Assembly: GCA_963712275.1 (NCBI GenBank) | Contig: CAVQHD010000001.1 | Span: forward strand, 1,760,001 to 1,824,000 | Source: an uncultured Rhabdochlamydiaceae bacterium | Lineage (GTDB): Bacteria; Chlamydiota; Chlamydiia; Chlamydiales; Rhabdochlamydiaceae | DNA length: 64,000 nucleotides | Reading direction: 5' to 3' | Shown: positions 29,241-39,177 of the stretch, piece by piece | Layout: every line of letters begins with the position of its first letter | Position numbering within the stretch: position 1 is the first letter of the stretch | The notes under the pieces: model-generated | The model's database searches: none | The model's input: only the letters and a program-made list of their open reading frames with translations | What the model was told of the DNA's origin: nothing | Position numbers and translations under genes: made by a program

Positions 29241-29446
29241 GATCCCTCTTTACCTTGTAATTTGACCAAAAAACTTGAAAAGTTGCCTTTCCTTTTGAAA
29301 AAACAAGGCTAAAAACGCCTTATTCTAGCTTGCTTAAAAGGCAGAAAATTGAAAGCAACTTGCTTATGATTAGCCAGTTAAAAATTATCCTTTCTTTTCG
29401 ACCACGGATATGATAAAATTACCTTGTAATTTGACCATGGGAAACA

Positions 29447-30835
29447 ATGTTTAAACGTCTAATCGATTGGCATCTTGAGCAGTGGAAGGACTATAAATAC
29501 CGCAAGCCTTTGCTCATTCGAGGGGCTCGCCAGGTGGGAAAAACACATGCGGTACGGCAACTTGGCAAACAGTTTGATCAACTGATTGAGATTAATTTTG
29601 AACTGGCAAAGGATGCCAGGCCGATTTTTGAAAAGGATCTAAAACCAGAAAGGATTTTGAAAGAGCTTGCCTTGTACGCCGGCCTGACTAAGATTATCCC
29701 TGGAAAAACGTTGCTTTTTTTTGATGAGATTCAAGAGGCTCCACAAGCGATTTTAGCTCTTCGTTATTTTTATGAACAAATACCTGAGCTGCATGTTATT
29801 GCAGCAGGCTCGCTTTTTGACTTTGCACTCGAAAAAGTCGGGCTGCCTGTTGGGCGTGTTTCAAGCATGTATATGTATCCGATGTCATTTATAGAGTATT
29901 TAATTGCGAGTGGAAATACCGCCTCTGCAAGGGCTATTTTGGAGAACCTTCGCAAAGAGCCCTTTTCCGAGACGATTCATCTCAAACTGATGAACTTAGT
30001 AGGTGAATATTTAGCGATTGGAGGCATGCCGGAAGCAGTGGCAAAGTGGGTCGAAGAGAGAAATCCCAAAGAGAGTTTTCAAGTCCACCATAATTTGATT
30101 GCGTCCTATCGACAGGATTTTGAAAAATATGCCACTGAACATCAAATGGAGTTTGTCGAGATGCTCTTTCGTCAAATACCTTACATGATTGGGGAGGAGT
30201 TTCGGTATAAGAATATTCATGGCGAGTTCCGAAAAAGAGAGCTTGCCCCTTGTCTTGATTTACTATGCAAAGCCAACGTAGTGCATAAGATCCATCATAG
30301 CGCTGGCAATGGAATTCCTCTTGGGGCAGAGGCAAATGTAGAATGGTTTAAGCTTATCTTAGTCGACATTGCGCTTTGCCAAGCAACATTGGGATTCGAT
30401 CTGTCGACATGGTTTTCGCAACCTGGCATCGAGTTTGTCAATCGGGGGGCAATAGCAGAAGCGTTTGTGGGACAAGAATTACTTTGCTATTCACATCCCC
30501 ACCAAAAAGCCGATCTCTATTTTTGGAGGCGCCAAGCAAAAAGCAGCACAGCAGAAGTTGATTTTGTCTACGAGTACAATCGAGATATTATCCCGATTGA
30601 AGTTAAAAGCGGCGACGGAAGGACATTAAAAAGCATGCTGATGTTTTTGGAGGAGCACCCTAATTCGCCCTGCGGTGTACGGTTCTCTGGGCAAAACTAC
30701 TCTAGGTGGGAAAAAATCGATTCCAAACCCCTTTATGCCGTTTGTTCTTTAGCCCACGAAGAACAAAAGAAAGCATTAGAATACTTGTTCTCAGCTGACC
30801 ATCTCCTCAGTAACCTTCAAAATCGCCATCATTGA
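29447..30835 (+). CDS. AAA_14/DUF4143 ATP-binding protein
   Basis: GARQVGKT, FFDEIQE, PVGRV, YLAIGGMPE, AEVDF..IPIEVKSG. Confidence 0.9.
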   Translation: MFKRLIDWHLEQWKDYKYRKPLLIRGARQVGKTHAVRQLGKQFDQLIEINFELAKDARPIFEKDLKPERILKELALYAGLTKIIPGKTLLFFDEIQEAPQAILALRYFYEQIPELHVIAAGSLFDFALEKVGLPVGRVSSMYMYPMSFIEYLIASGNTASARAILENLRKEPFSETIHLKLMNLVGEYLAIGGMPEAVAKWVEERNPKESFQVHHNLIASYRQDFEKYATEHQMEFVEMLFRQIPYMIGEEFRYKNIHGEFRKRELAPCLDLLCKANVVHKIHHSAGNGIPLGAEANVEWFKLILVDIALCQATLGFDLSTWFSQPGIEFVNRGAIAEAFVGQELLCYSHPHQKADLYFWRRQAKSSTAEVDFVYEYNRDIIPIEVKSGDGRTLKSMLMFLEEHPNSPCGVRFSGQNYSRWEKIDSKPLYAVCSLAHEEQKKALEYLFSADHLLSNLQNRHH

Positions 30836-32706
30836 TCACCTCCTATCCAATCTATTCGTTCTTGCTTTTCAGCAAGGCATTCGATCACTTCTTGAAAATT
30901 GCCTGGGCTCTTTTTCAAGGCAAGCATCGCCAGCACAATTTTAACGACAGAAGGTGTATAAATCCCTTTCCCTTCGTAAGATTTTTTGATAGCGCTCACA
31001 TGTGCAATATAGTGGTACAGCAGTTTGCCATCAAGCAATTGGTCTGGCTGATATTCGGCCCAGATATCTTTAATCAGGCGAATACACCGATCGATTAATT
31101 TTTTATTGGATGCACGAACATCAATCATTTGATTACCATGCACTTTATTCATGAGCACCATTGAGCTATTTGAGATTAAGTTTAATATCTGTTTGAGAAT
31201 GATGGTTTCGGTAAACCCAATCGCATCTGAAGGCGTGTTTTCTATGATTAGAGCGCAGTCATATGCATCCTTTAACTCCTTTACTTGGATTTCAGAGAGT
31301 TTCCCCCTGCAAACCACAAGCAAACCAACGGACCCACCCTGTTTTTTTGCGGCTTCTAAAACTTGGATCAGCTGATGAGGAATTGATCCAGTCTCATTTA
31401 TTTTTGCAACTCCAATTAGAAAATTACCCGCATTTATAGGACGTTTAGAAAAAGAGTTGATGCCCTCTTCTTCATAGGCAAGGAGAAAAGTTTCTGTGTC
31501 TTTGACATCTGTTGGATGGACATCTCTCCCCAAAAGGGCTGCCCATGCTTTGCTATTGTCGCCCTGTCCAATCAGATAAGCCCGAAATTCTGCCCTTTTT
31601 TTATGTATTTCGCTTTCTCTTCGTATGGGATTAGTAGAAAAGGTTGGAGATGTTTCAGTAGAGTCAATCAAGACTTCACGCATACTGTCTTCTAGGGCAA
31701 TAAAAGTCGTATACCCTTGGTTAAAATCATCTTTTAACTGCCTAAAATTAGAACGAGAGCCTGAAAAAACTTCCACTTCTATTTGAGGAAATTTTTGAAT
31801 TAACTTTAAATGGTCCTTTATAAGTTCAAGTCCTTTCTGCATTTTTAACATCAATTCTATCGGATATTCATTGGCTAGAAGTTCCTCTCCTTGAGTTAGA
31901 TAAATTGTACTTCCTAGGAGAGCTCCGAGGCATGCTTCCGCTAAGGTTGCTCCTTGTAGACGGGTTGATCCTCCAATTGCTTGTGGGCCTATATCTACAC
32001 AAAGAGGGATAACAGAGTTTACGTTCCTCTCAAAAAGACATTGTGTTCTCAAAGGAACGTTTTTACTGTTGTAAAAATAGAACACACTTGCACCTTTATT
32101 TGCAGAGAAATGACCGCACCCTACATTGAAAGAAGCCGATCCACTGGCGGAGATTAAGATTACCGTATCTTTAGGTCCCAAATTGAAATCTTTTAAGACT
32201 GCTTCCCCATCGGCGTCTGAATCCTCAAACCCTTCTTTAGCTCTAATTAACGCTGAATCTCCGCCAGCAATGACCCCTCGAATTTGTTCCTTGATTTTAG
32301 GAAACTTTAAGCCGCACTTGGCTGCAATATCAACTGCGACGCGTCCACTTGATCCCGACCCTATTAAAAAGACTCTTCCTCCCTCACTGATTTTTTCAGC
32401 TATGGGTGGGGCAAATTTTTTGATTAACGGGATAAATGATTCGAGGCCTTTTATAACGTTTTCATCCACCTTTAATAGAAGCTCCATCCCATTTGCAATG
32501 CTTTCATGCATGACCTGACTCAAACATTTTGTTATAGGGTGCAGCTGTTCCGTTGAAACATTTCCAAGGGCAAACTCTTTTTCAAATTCTTGAAATGGCA
32601 TAACGCCCTCTGGCAAAGCCGCAAAATAAGGATTTTGTGTATGGCTTTGAGTTGCCTGGGTAATGGTTTTTGCTCGAACATCTACTGAAGTTGTTAGTAC
32701 GCTCAT
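30829..32706 (-). CDS. Double-SIS protein related to MurQ and glucokinase regulatory protein
   Basis: GSGSSGR, IAGGDSALIRAKEGFED, GSTRL, DSTETSPTF, KVHGNQMIDVRASNKKLIDR. Confidence 0.8.
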   Translation of the reverse strand: MSVLTTSVDVRAKTITQATQSHTQNPYFAALPEGVMPFQEFEKEFALGNVSTEQLHPITKCLSQVMHESIANGMELLLKVDENVIKGLESFIPLIKKFAPPIAEKISEGGRVFLIGSGSSGRVAVDIAAKCGLKFPKIKEQIRGVIAGGDSALIRAKEGFEDSDADGEAVLKDFNLGPKDTVILISASGSASFNVGCGHFSANKGASVFYFYNSKNVPLRTQCLFERNVNSVIPLCVDIGPQAIGGSTRLQGATLAEACLGALLGSTIYLTQGEELLANEYPIELMLKMQKGLELIKDHLKLIQKFPQIEVEVFSGSRSNFRQLKDDFNQGYTTFIALEDSMREVLIDSTETSPTFSTNPIRRESEIHKKRAEFRAYLIGQGDNSKAWAALLGRDVHPTDVKDTETFLLAYEEEGINSFSKRPINAGNFLIGVAKINETGSIPHQLIQVLEAAKKQGGSVGLLVVCRGKLSEIQVKELKDAYDCALIIENTPSDAIGFTETIILKQILNLISNSSMVLMNKVHGNQMIDVRASNKKLIDRCIRLIKDIWAEYQPDQLLDGKLLYHYIAHVSAIKKSYEGKGIYTPSVVKIVLAMLALKKSPGNFQEVIECLAEKQERIDWIGGDQ

Positions 32707-32823
32707 ATGACCTCCTAAGAAACTTTCTAGGGCAATTATATATGAAAAATAAATTAAGAAAAAAACAAAAAATCTTATAATTTATGCATAATACCGTAGT
32801 AGAGAGGAACAACTTTCCTATTT

Positions 32824-34131
32824 TCAGACGATTGAAGCTATACTCCGAAGATCGGAATATAAATGACGCTTCCAGGCCTCTTCTGCTTGCTTAGAATCTA
32901 GTCCAAGGTTACGCAAACGATTCTTCCAAGCCTCTTCTTCTGTCACGAGGCCTTTTCCAAGCTTATACCTCTGCATGGACTGTTTAAAATCTTGAGTAGC
33001 AATCTCAACATTTCCTTGCGCCTTTTGTAAATAGGGTAGAAATAGCCGGTAAGATTGATAGAATTTCTTTGCCGCCCGCCGTTCCATTTCTTGAATTGCT
33101 TTACTGGGTTGCCCGATGTTTAAATCTCTCTGCCTCGTTATTTGGATGATCCTCTGAAGTTTCTCATCAGATAATCGTATGTGAGGGTATCTTTCTTGAA
33201 AGGATGGATGATCCATTCGGTGCTTTAAGATACGGAAACAATCTTCCCCCCCTGGTTCTTCAATCACAATCTTGGGCAATAAACTCACATAAGATGGATT
33301 GACCAGAGCATCATCAACCCTCCGTTCTTTTCGTGGATTAAAATACCAATGATAGAGCTCCTTTGTCGTTGTACCAATCACACGGATATCACCTTTTGAG
33401 ACCGATTCTTTTAACTGGTCTAGAATAGAGCCTCCTAGCAGACTAGGGCGTCCTAGCATGTGAATATCTTTAATAAAGATAATGGCACCCTTGTTCCGTT
33501 TAGTAAATTGAACAAGGTCTGAAAGACATGTCGCCAATCGCTCTATATTATGATTTTCGAATTCTGCCTTGTCCAAGCGATAAAATTTTTTCCCATGAAA
33601 AGGAGAAGTTTCGGGAAACTTTCCTTGTTTTGCCTTCCATGCAAGAGCCTCCACAAGAGCCGTTTTACCAGATCTTGGCTTGCCGACTAAAATAGCACCT
33701 TGAGTCGATGTAAGAAATTGCGTTTCTAACGCCTTAATACCTTCTTCATTCTCAACAATTAACGAAGCAGACTCTTTGACCTCTTTTCCTAAATCGTGGA
33801 GAAAAAAAGGAGGAGGCTCTATCTGGCAATCGCCCTTTTGAGGCTTTAGCCTGAAATAAACAAGAGAGTTGAAGATTGCAAAACAAGCTAACGCAACCAT
33901 TTTGTCAGGAACCTTAGCTAGTGCAGCCATGCCTAGGCCCCACCAAATCCATTGATAGAACCCTCTTCTTTGTTCAGGGGGTAATTGTTTAAAAAATGCA
34001 TTGGAAAGTTTATCGACAAGTTGCGCTATCACCAAGCCGGTGGCTGTAAAAACCACGACCTCGCGTAAAATAGAGGGCTCTTGCAATGGCATAGAAAAAA
34101 CAGATGAAATCAATTTTAAACTCATAGACAT
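32824..34131 (-). CDS. Membrane-anchored Clp-like AAA+ domain protein with a degenerate Walker B
   Basis: N-terminal hydrophobic segments; ILVGKPRSGKTALVEALA; IIFIKDIH; IRVIGTTT. Confidence 0.72.
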   Translation of the reverse strand: MSMSLKLISSVFSMPLQEPSILREVVVFTATGLVIAQLVDKLSNAFFKQLPPEQRRGFYQWIWWGLGMAALAKVPDKMVALACFAIFNSLVYFRLKPQKGDCQIEPPPFFLHDLGKEVKESASLIVENEEGIKALETQFLTSTQGAILVGKPRSGKTALVEALAWKAKQGKFPETSPFHGKKFYRLDKAEFENHNIERLATCLSDLVQFTKRNKGAIIFIKDIHMLGRPSLLGGSILDQLKESVSKGDIRVIGTTTKELYHWYFNPRKERRVDDALVNPSYVSLLPKIVIEEPGGEDCFRILKHRMDHPSFQERYPHIRLSDEKLQRIIQITRQRDLNIGQPSKAIQEMERRAAKKFYQSYRLFLPYLQKAQGNVEIATQDFKQSMQRYKLGKGLVTEEEAWKNRLRNLGLDSKQAEEAWKRHLYSDLRSIASIV

Positions 34132-34247
34132 ACCTTTTGAACAATCATTTTATAACACCTGCTAAAAAAAGACTTCTTTTTCCTCTTTTTTACGATTCCT
34201 TAAAAAGACCTTTACATCAACTCGTACGAGTGGTCTAATGAATTCAT

Positions 34248-34619
34248 ATGACGGTTCAAAAGTGTGATCAGCCTGATCTCCCCTCGGATAACAGCTATTG
34301 GGAGACGTGGAGAAACGAACAGGCTCGGGCTATCACCCAAATTCTCTCCTCCATCTTCAAGGTGGAAGGCGAAGTGCAGCAAACACAATCCCCTTCCCGC
34401 CTGCTTGGACAATCTTTAATCACTTCTCCTGAAGAAAGGGTGAAAATCGTCGGGCAGCTGAATCAAATCCGGGAGCAGATTACAGAATATGAACATCTTC
34501 TCAAAATAAGCCGCACACGGATTGAATCCGCTCTTGAAAAAATCAATCCTGACCAGAAAAAAATTTCTCGACTCCAAAAATTCATCAATTTTTTCCGAAA
34601 GTCTGCTATATTCAGCTGA
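34248..34619 (+). CDS. Hypothetical coiled-coil protein
   Basis: 123-aa ORF abutting mutS. Confidence 0.5.
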   Translation: MTVQKCDQPDLPSDNSYWETWRNEQARAITQILSSIFKVEGEVQQTQSPSRLLGQSLITSPEERVKIVGQLNQIREQITEYEHLLKISRTRIESALEKINPDQKKISRLQKFINFFRKSAIFS

Positions 34620-34621
34620 AT

Positions 34622-37249
34622 ATGGCAACCCCAATGATGGCCCAATGGCAAGCGTGTAAGGCGCAGGCAAAAGGAGCTCTTCTTTTTTTTCGTCTGGGTG
34701 ATTTTTACGAAGCGTTCGAAGAGGATGCTGTGACCCTTTCCAAAGAGCTCGATCTTGTGCTGACAAAGCGGCAAGAAACCCCAATGGCAGGAGTTCCTGC
34801 TCATATGGCGGAGATTTATTTGGATCGCTTGGTAAGCCGCGGCTACCGAGTTGCGGTGGCAGAACAAGTCGAGAACCCCCTGACAGCTAAAGGACTTGTT
34901 AAGCGAGAAATTGTCCGGATGCTCTCTCCGGGCTCGATGATCGAATCGTCCCTTCTTAAAGACAAAACAGCTCATTTCATGGTCGGTATTGTTCAAGTTA
35001 ATGCTCTCTTCGGACTTGCAGCTCTCGATGTGACGACGGCAGATTTTCGTGTAATGGAGTTTTCTGAAGCTCGCCTCCTGATCGATGAAATCTCTCGTCT
35101 TGCCCCTCAAGAGATCATCATCACCGAAAGAGCATGGAAACAACTCCAGACAGATTTAGAACCCCTTGCAATTCCCGTATCACAGGTCCAAGAAGAGTGG
35201 TGCTTTGATCATGCAAGTGGTTTGGCTAGGCTGATCCGTCAATTTCAAGTGCATTCTCTCGACGGTTTTGGACTCAAAGGGATGTCAGCCGCCATCCAAG
35301 CAGCAGGAGGACTTCTCCGTTATGCCATCGAAGAGCTGCATCTGAAACTTCCGCACTTAAAATCGATCCAGCCTGTTTATCAGGGAAATTTTTTGTGGCT
35401 CGATCAAGCCACGCAAAAACATTTAGAACTGACTGAGCCCCTGCATGAAAAGGGATTAACGCTCCTATCGATTCTCGACAAAGCGGCCACCCCAATGGGA
35501 GGTCGCTTATTAAAAGAATGGCTTCTCCACCCCTTAATGTCCGTGAAGCACATTCGAGAGCGGCAAGATGCTGTTGAAGCCTATTTCAAGGACGATGAGG
35601 GACGGACTGCCTTGCGAAACGGGTTAAAAAATGTCCGAGATCTTGAGCGACTGATCATGCGAATTGAAACAGGATACACTTCTCCAAAAGACCTTGCCTC
35701 TCTCCGGCTTTCTTTAGAGCCTCTTCCCATGATTTCAGAGCTTCTTAGAGGCCGCTCTCACCCTCCTCTGGAGGATTTGTCGCCTCTTGCAAATCAAATC
35801 AAAGCAGCAATTGTCGACTGCCCTCCTCATAAACTCAGTGAAGGAGGTGTTTTTAAAACAGGGTACCATGAAGAGCTCGACGCTCTCCGTCTTCTAAAAA
35901 CCGATAGTCAAACATGGCTTGCCTCGTATCAAGCCCAGCTCCGAGAGAGCCTTCAAATCAAATCACTCAAAGTGGGATATACTCAAGCCTTTGGCTATTA
36001 TATCGAAGTGAGCCGAGTTCAATCTGAGAAAATGCCTTTAACATTTGAGCGAAGACAAACCCTTGTGAGCACCGAACGATTTATCTCTCCGGAGCTCAAA
36101 GAATTTGAACATAAAGTCTACTCCGCTGAGGAAAAAATTCTGTTTTTAGAAAACCAGCTGTTTGAAAAGCTTCGCCTTGAAATTGCACAGTCTGCAGACC
36201 TGATTCGAAACGTAGCCAAAAGAATTGCCTACCTCGATGTGGTGCTTTCCTTTGCAGATATTGCAAAAGAGCGATCCTACGTGCGCCCAACGATCGATGA
36301 GTCTGATCGGTTGGAGATCATCGAAGGCAGGCATCCTGTCATTGAAGCCTCGATTGAGAAACAAACGTTTGTCCCAAACGATCTAAAAATGGATGGATCA
36401 AAGGAGCAGCTGCTCGTGATCACAGGGCCTAATATGGCAGGCAAATCAACCTACATTCGTCAAGCTGCGCTCCTAGTCCTGATGGCGCAGATCGGATGTT
36501 TTATTCCTGCTAAAAAAGGGCATTTTGGCATCGTCGATAAATTATTTACACGGATTGGGGCTAGCGATGACCTGAGCCACGGCCAATCAACCTTTATGGT
36601 TGAAATGAGCGAGACGGCCAATATTTTAAATAATGCGACCTCAAAATCGCTCGTGATTTTAGATGAGATTGGCCGCGGGACAAGCACCTATGACGGCATT
36701 GCGATCGCCAAGTCGGTTGCTCTCTATTTTCTGACAACTCCAGCTAAGAAAGCTAAAACACTCTTTGCAACGCATTATTTTGAGCTAACAAAGCTGGAAG
36801 AAGAATCCCCCGGCGCCGTGAACTACCATGTGGCTGTCCACGAATCTAATAAAGAAATTGTGTTTCTGCACCGTATTGTGCGGGGCGCCGCAGACAAAAG
36901 TTACGGCATCCACGTTGCTAAATTAGCCGGCCTTCCACCCTCTGTTTTGAAAAAGGCAGAGGAGCTCCTCAGCCAGCTTCATGAGCAAGGGGCTCCTATG
37001 GAGGGAATTGCAAAACTCCGATTTGGGGCCAAATCCGCGCTTTTTGGGCAGGATCTGGATTCTGCGCAACCTGACACATCTTGGGCCTACTCTAAGCCGA
37101 GTATGTCCCAAAATGTGTCAGGTTGCGCAGAAACCAGCCCTGCTCAAAAATCATCGAATTTGGCCTCCAAAGCGAGTTTTGCAACTCCCTCTAAGAATTA
37201 CGTAAAAACTCCCTCAAAGGATCATCAACTTGAGCTCTTTCAATGCTAA
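34622..37249 (+). CDS. mutS: DNA mismatch repair protein MutS with a 65-aa palindrome-encoded insertion near the C-terminus
   Basis: FRLGDFYE, GPNMAGKSTY, STFMVEM, DEIGRGTST, SYGIHVA; C-terminal QLELF. Confidence 0.98.
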   Translation: MATPMMAQWQACKAQAKGALLFFRLGDFYEAFEEDAVTLSKELDLVLTKRQETPMAGVPAHMAEIYLDRLVSRGYRVAVAEQVENPLTAKGLVKREIVRMLSPGSMIESSLLKDKTAHFMVGIVQVNALFGLAALDVTTADFRVMEFSEARLLIDEISRLAPQEIIITERAWKQLQTDLEPLAIPVSQVQEEWCFDHASGLARLIRQFQVHSLDGFGLKGMSAAIQAAGGLLRYAIEELHLKLPHLKSIQPVYQGNFLWLDQATQKHLELTEPLHEKGLTLLSILDKAATPMGGRLLKEWLLHPLMSVKHIRERQDAVEAYFKDDEGRTALRNGLKNVRDLERLIMRIETGYTSPKDLASLRLSLEPLPMISELLRGRSHPPLEDLSPLANQIKAAIVDCPPHKLSEGGVFKTGYHEELDALRLLKTDSQTWLASYQAQLRESLQIKSLKVGYTQAFGYYIEVSRVQSEKMPLTFERRQTLVSTERFISPELKEFEHKVYSAEEKILFLENQLFEKLRLEIAQSADLIRNVAKRIAYLDVVLSFADIAKERSYVRPTIDESDRLEIIEGRHPVIEASIEKQTFVPNDLKMDGSKEQLLVITGPNMAGKSTYIRQAALLVLMAQIGCFIPAKKGHFGIVDKLFTRIGASDDLSHGQSTFMVEMSETANILNNATSKSLVILDEIGRGTSTYDGIAIAKSVALYFLTTPAKKAKTLFATHYFELTKLEEESPGAVNYHVAVHESNKEIVFLHRIVRGAADKSYGIHVAKLAGLPPSVLKKAEELLSQLHEQGAPMEGIAKLRFGAKSALFGQDLDSAQPDTSWAYSKPSMSQNVSGCAETSPAQKSSNLASKASFATPSKNYVKTPSKDHQLELFQC
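37001..37191. mobile_element. 191-bp imperfect palindromic MITE-like element, in frame in mutS
   Basis: GAGGGAATTGCAAAACTC...GAGTTTTGCAACTCCCTC ends; internal IR TCTGCGCAACCTGACACAT/ATGTGTCAGGTTGCGCAGA; flanks TATG/TAAG. Confidence 0.9.
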
Positions 37250-39041
37250 ATTGCTAGACAAATACACAACGGAGCCCGGCGTCTATTTGATGAAAAATGA
37301 GGGGGGAGATGTCATCTATGTCGGCAAAGCCAAAAACCTCAAGCATCGACTCAAACAATATTTTTCTGCAGGACGGGATGGAAGACCTATGATTCCTTTT
37401 TTGGTGGCTGAAGTGTGCGTCATCGATATCATTGCCGTCCCTTCAGAAAAAGAGGCGCTCCTTCTTGAAAATACCCTTATCAAGAAACATCAACCAAAAT
37501 TTAATGCCCTCCTCAAAGACGATAAAACATTCATTAGCTTGATGATCAATCACCACCACCCCTGGCCGACGATTCAGCTCGTTCGATGCAAAGGCAGACC
37601 CAAAAAAGAGGGGCTCTATTTTGGGCCCTATACAAGTGCCTATGCCGCCAGACAGACTCATGATCTCATGAGCCGCCTTTTCCCTTTACGGCAATGTTCT
37701 GATGAAGAACTCAAAAGAAGAACCAGGCCTTGTTTGCTCTATGGGATCAAGCGGTGTATTGCGCCGTGTGTCAACCTCTGCTCAAAAAAAGAATATGAAG
37801 CAATTGTTCATCAGGCGATTGATTTTTTAAAAGGGCGCGATGAGACTGTTATCGAGCATCTTAAAAAAGAGATGCAAATAGCCTCCGATGCTCTGCAGTT
37901 CGAAAAAGCGGCAACGCTCCTCCAGTTAATTCAGCAGATTGAACATGTCACTGCAGGAAGCGGCCTTGTCGCCAAAGCAACCAGGGAAGATTGCGATGCC
38001 TTAGGGCTTTATCGGCAAGGATACGATGTAATGGTAGCGCAGCTACTCTTTAGAGAAGGGAAATTGGTCGGTTCCGAGCATTATACCTTCACTGACGTCA
38101 TTGAAAGCGATGAAGAACTGTTATCTTCTTTTTTGATTCAATATTACGAACATCGAAAACTGCGGCCTGAAACGATTATCCTCCCCTTTGAGCTTCCTAA
38201 AGAGGTGGAAGAGATTATCGGCATTAAAATCACCGCTCCTCAGAAAGGGGAAAAGAAAGAGATTCTTGGGATGGCTAAAAAAAATGCCAAAATCCTTTTC
38301 GAGCAAGAAAAAGATGATCAAGAGCTCACAGAAAAGATGCTCCTCGATCTTCAAGAAACCTTAAAACTTATCCGATATCCTAACCGGATCGAATGTTTTG
38401 ATACGTCAAATATTTCAGGAACCGATCTTGTCGCTTCAATGGTTCCCTTTACCGAAGGACGGTACGATAAAAAACGGGTGCGGATTTTTAAAATTCGGGG
38501 CGTGGAAAAAGGAGACGATTATGCCGCTTTGCGTGAAGTTCTCACCCGAAGGCTCACACGTGCAAAGCAAGAAAATGACCTCCCCGATCTTTTGATCGTC
38601 GATGGCGGCAAAGGACAGCTGGCAGTGGCACTTGAAGTGCTCAAAAACCTCGATATTGCAACCGTCGATCTCATCTCGATTGCAAAACAGCAAGGAAAGC
38701 ACGACAAAGGGCTGACTCAAGAGAAGGTGTTTGCTGCCCACTTTGCAGATCCTATTCTTTTACCTCTGCACTCCCCTCTTCTTTTTCTTCTTCAGAGAAT
38801 TCGAGATGAAACCCATCGAAAAGCCATTGGCTTCCACCGTCAGCGACGAGAAAAGCGGCTCATTTCTTCAATGCTAGACCAAATTCCAGGTATTGGGGAA
38901 ATGAAACGAAGACGGCTTCTTCGCCACTTTGGAAGTTTTCAAAGAATTCTGCAAGCTTCCCCTGCCGATTTGCTCAGCGTCAAAGGGATCACGCTGAAAG
39001 ACGTCGGTCAGATTGAAACATTTGCTAAGAAGTTGTCCTGA
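37230..39041 (+). CDS. uvrC: Excinuclease ABC subunit C
   Basis: PGVYLM..YVGKAKNL, RIECFDTS, PDLLIVDGGKGQL, HhH GIG. Confidence 0.98.
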   Translation: MSSFNAKLLDKYTTEPGVYLMKNEGGDVIYVGKAKNLKHRLKQYFSAGRDGRPMIPFLVAEVCVIDIIAVPSEKEALLLENTLIKKHQPKFNALLKDDKTFISLMINHHHPWPTIQLVRCKGRPKKEGLYFGPYTSAYAARQTHDLMSRLFPLRQCSDEELKRRTRPCLLYGIKRCIAPCVNLCSKKEYEAIVHQAIDFLKGRDETVIEHLKKEMQIASDALQFEKAATLLQLIQQIEHVTAGSGLVAKATREDCDALGLYRQGYDVMVAQLLFREGKLVGSEHYTFTDVIESDEELLSSFLIQYYEHRKLRPETIILPFELPKEVEEIIGIKITAPQKGEKKEILGMAKKNAKILFEQEKDDQELTEKMLLDLQETLKLIRYPNRIECFDTSNISGTDLVASMVPFTEGRYDKKRVRIFKIRGVEKGDDYAALREVLTRRLTRAKQENDLPDLLIVDGGKGQLAVALEVLKNLDIATVDLISIAKQQGKHDKGLTQEKVFAAHFADPILLPLHSPLLFLLQRIRDETHRKAIGFHRQRREKRLISSMLDQIPGIGEMKRRRLLRHFGSFQRILQASPADLLSVKGITLKDVGQIETFAKKLS

Positions 39042-39109
39042 CCACTTACCGCATTCTTTTTTTCATCTGTACAACAATGCCCCTTTTTGTTATGCATTAA
39101 AGCATGAGC

Positions 39110-39166
39110 ATCCCGCGTAGTACGTCTACGCGGCCGCCACGGATTCCGTATCCGTGGTTTTTTTTT
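39110..39166 (+). ncRNA. Putative structured RNA leader (two hairpins plus U9) upstream of the intact NYN gene
   Basis: CGCGTAG-5nt-CTACGCG, 3-nt linker, GCCACGGA-7nt-TCCGTGGT, T-tract; covaries with the copy at 5776-5833. Confidence 0.65.
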
Positions 39167-39177
39167 GGAGAAAGCCA

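Noticed and set aside
34463..35143. 226-aa antisense ORF and other short ORFs overlapping core genes
   Set aside because: Shadow frames of well-supported genes with no recognisable motifs.
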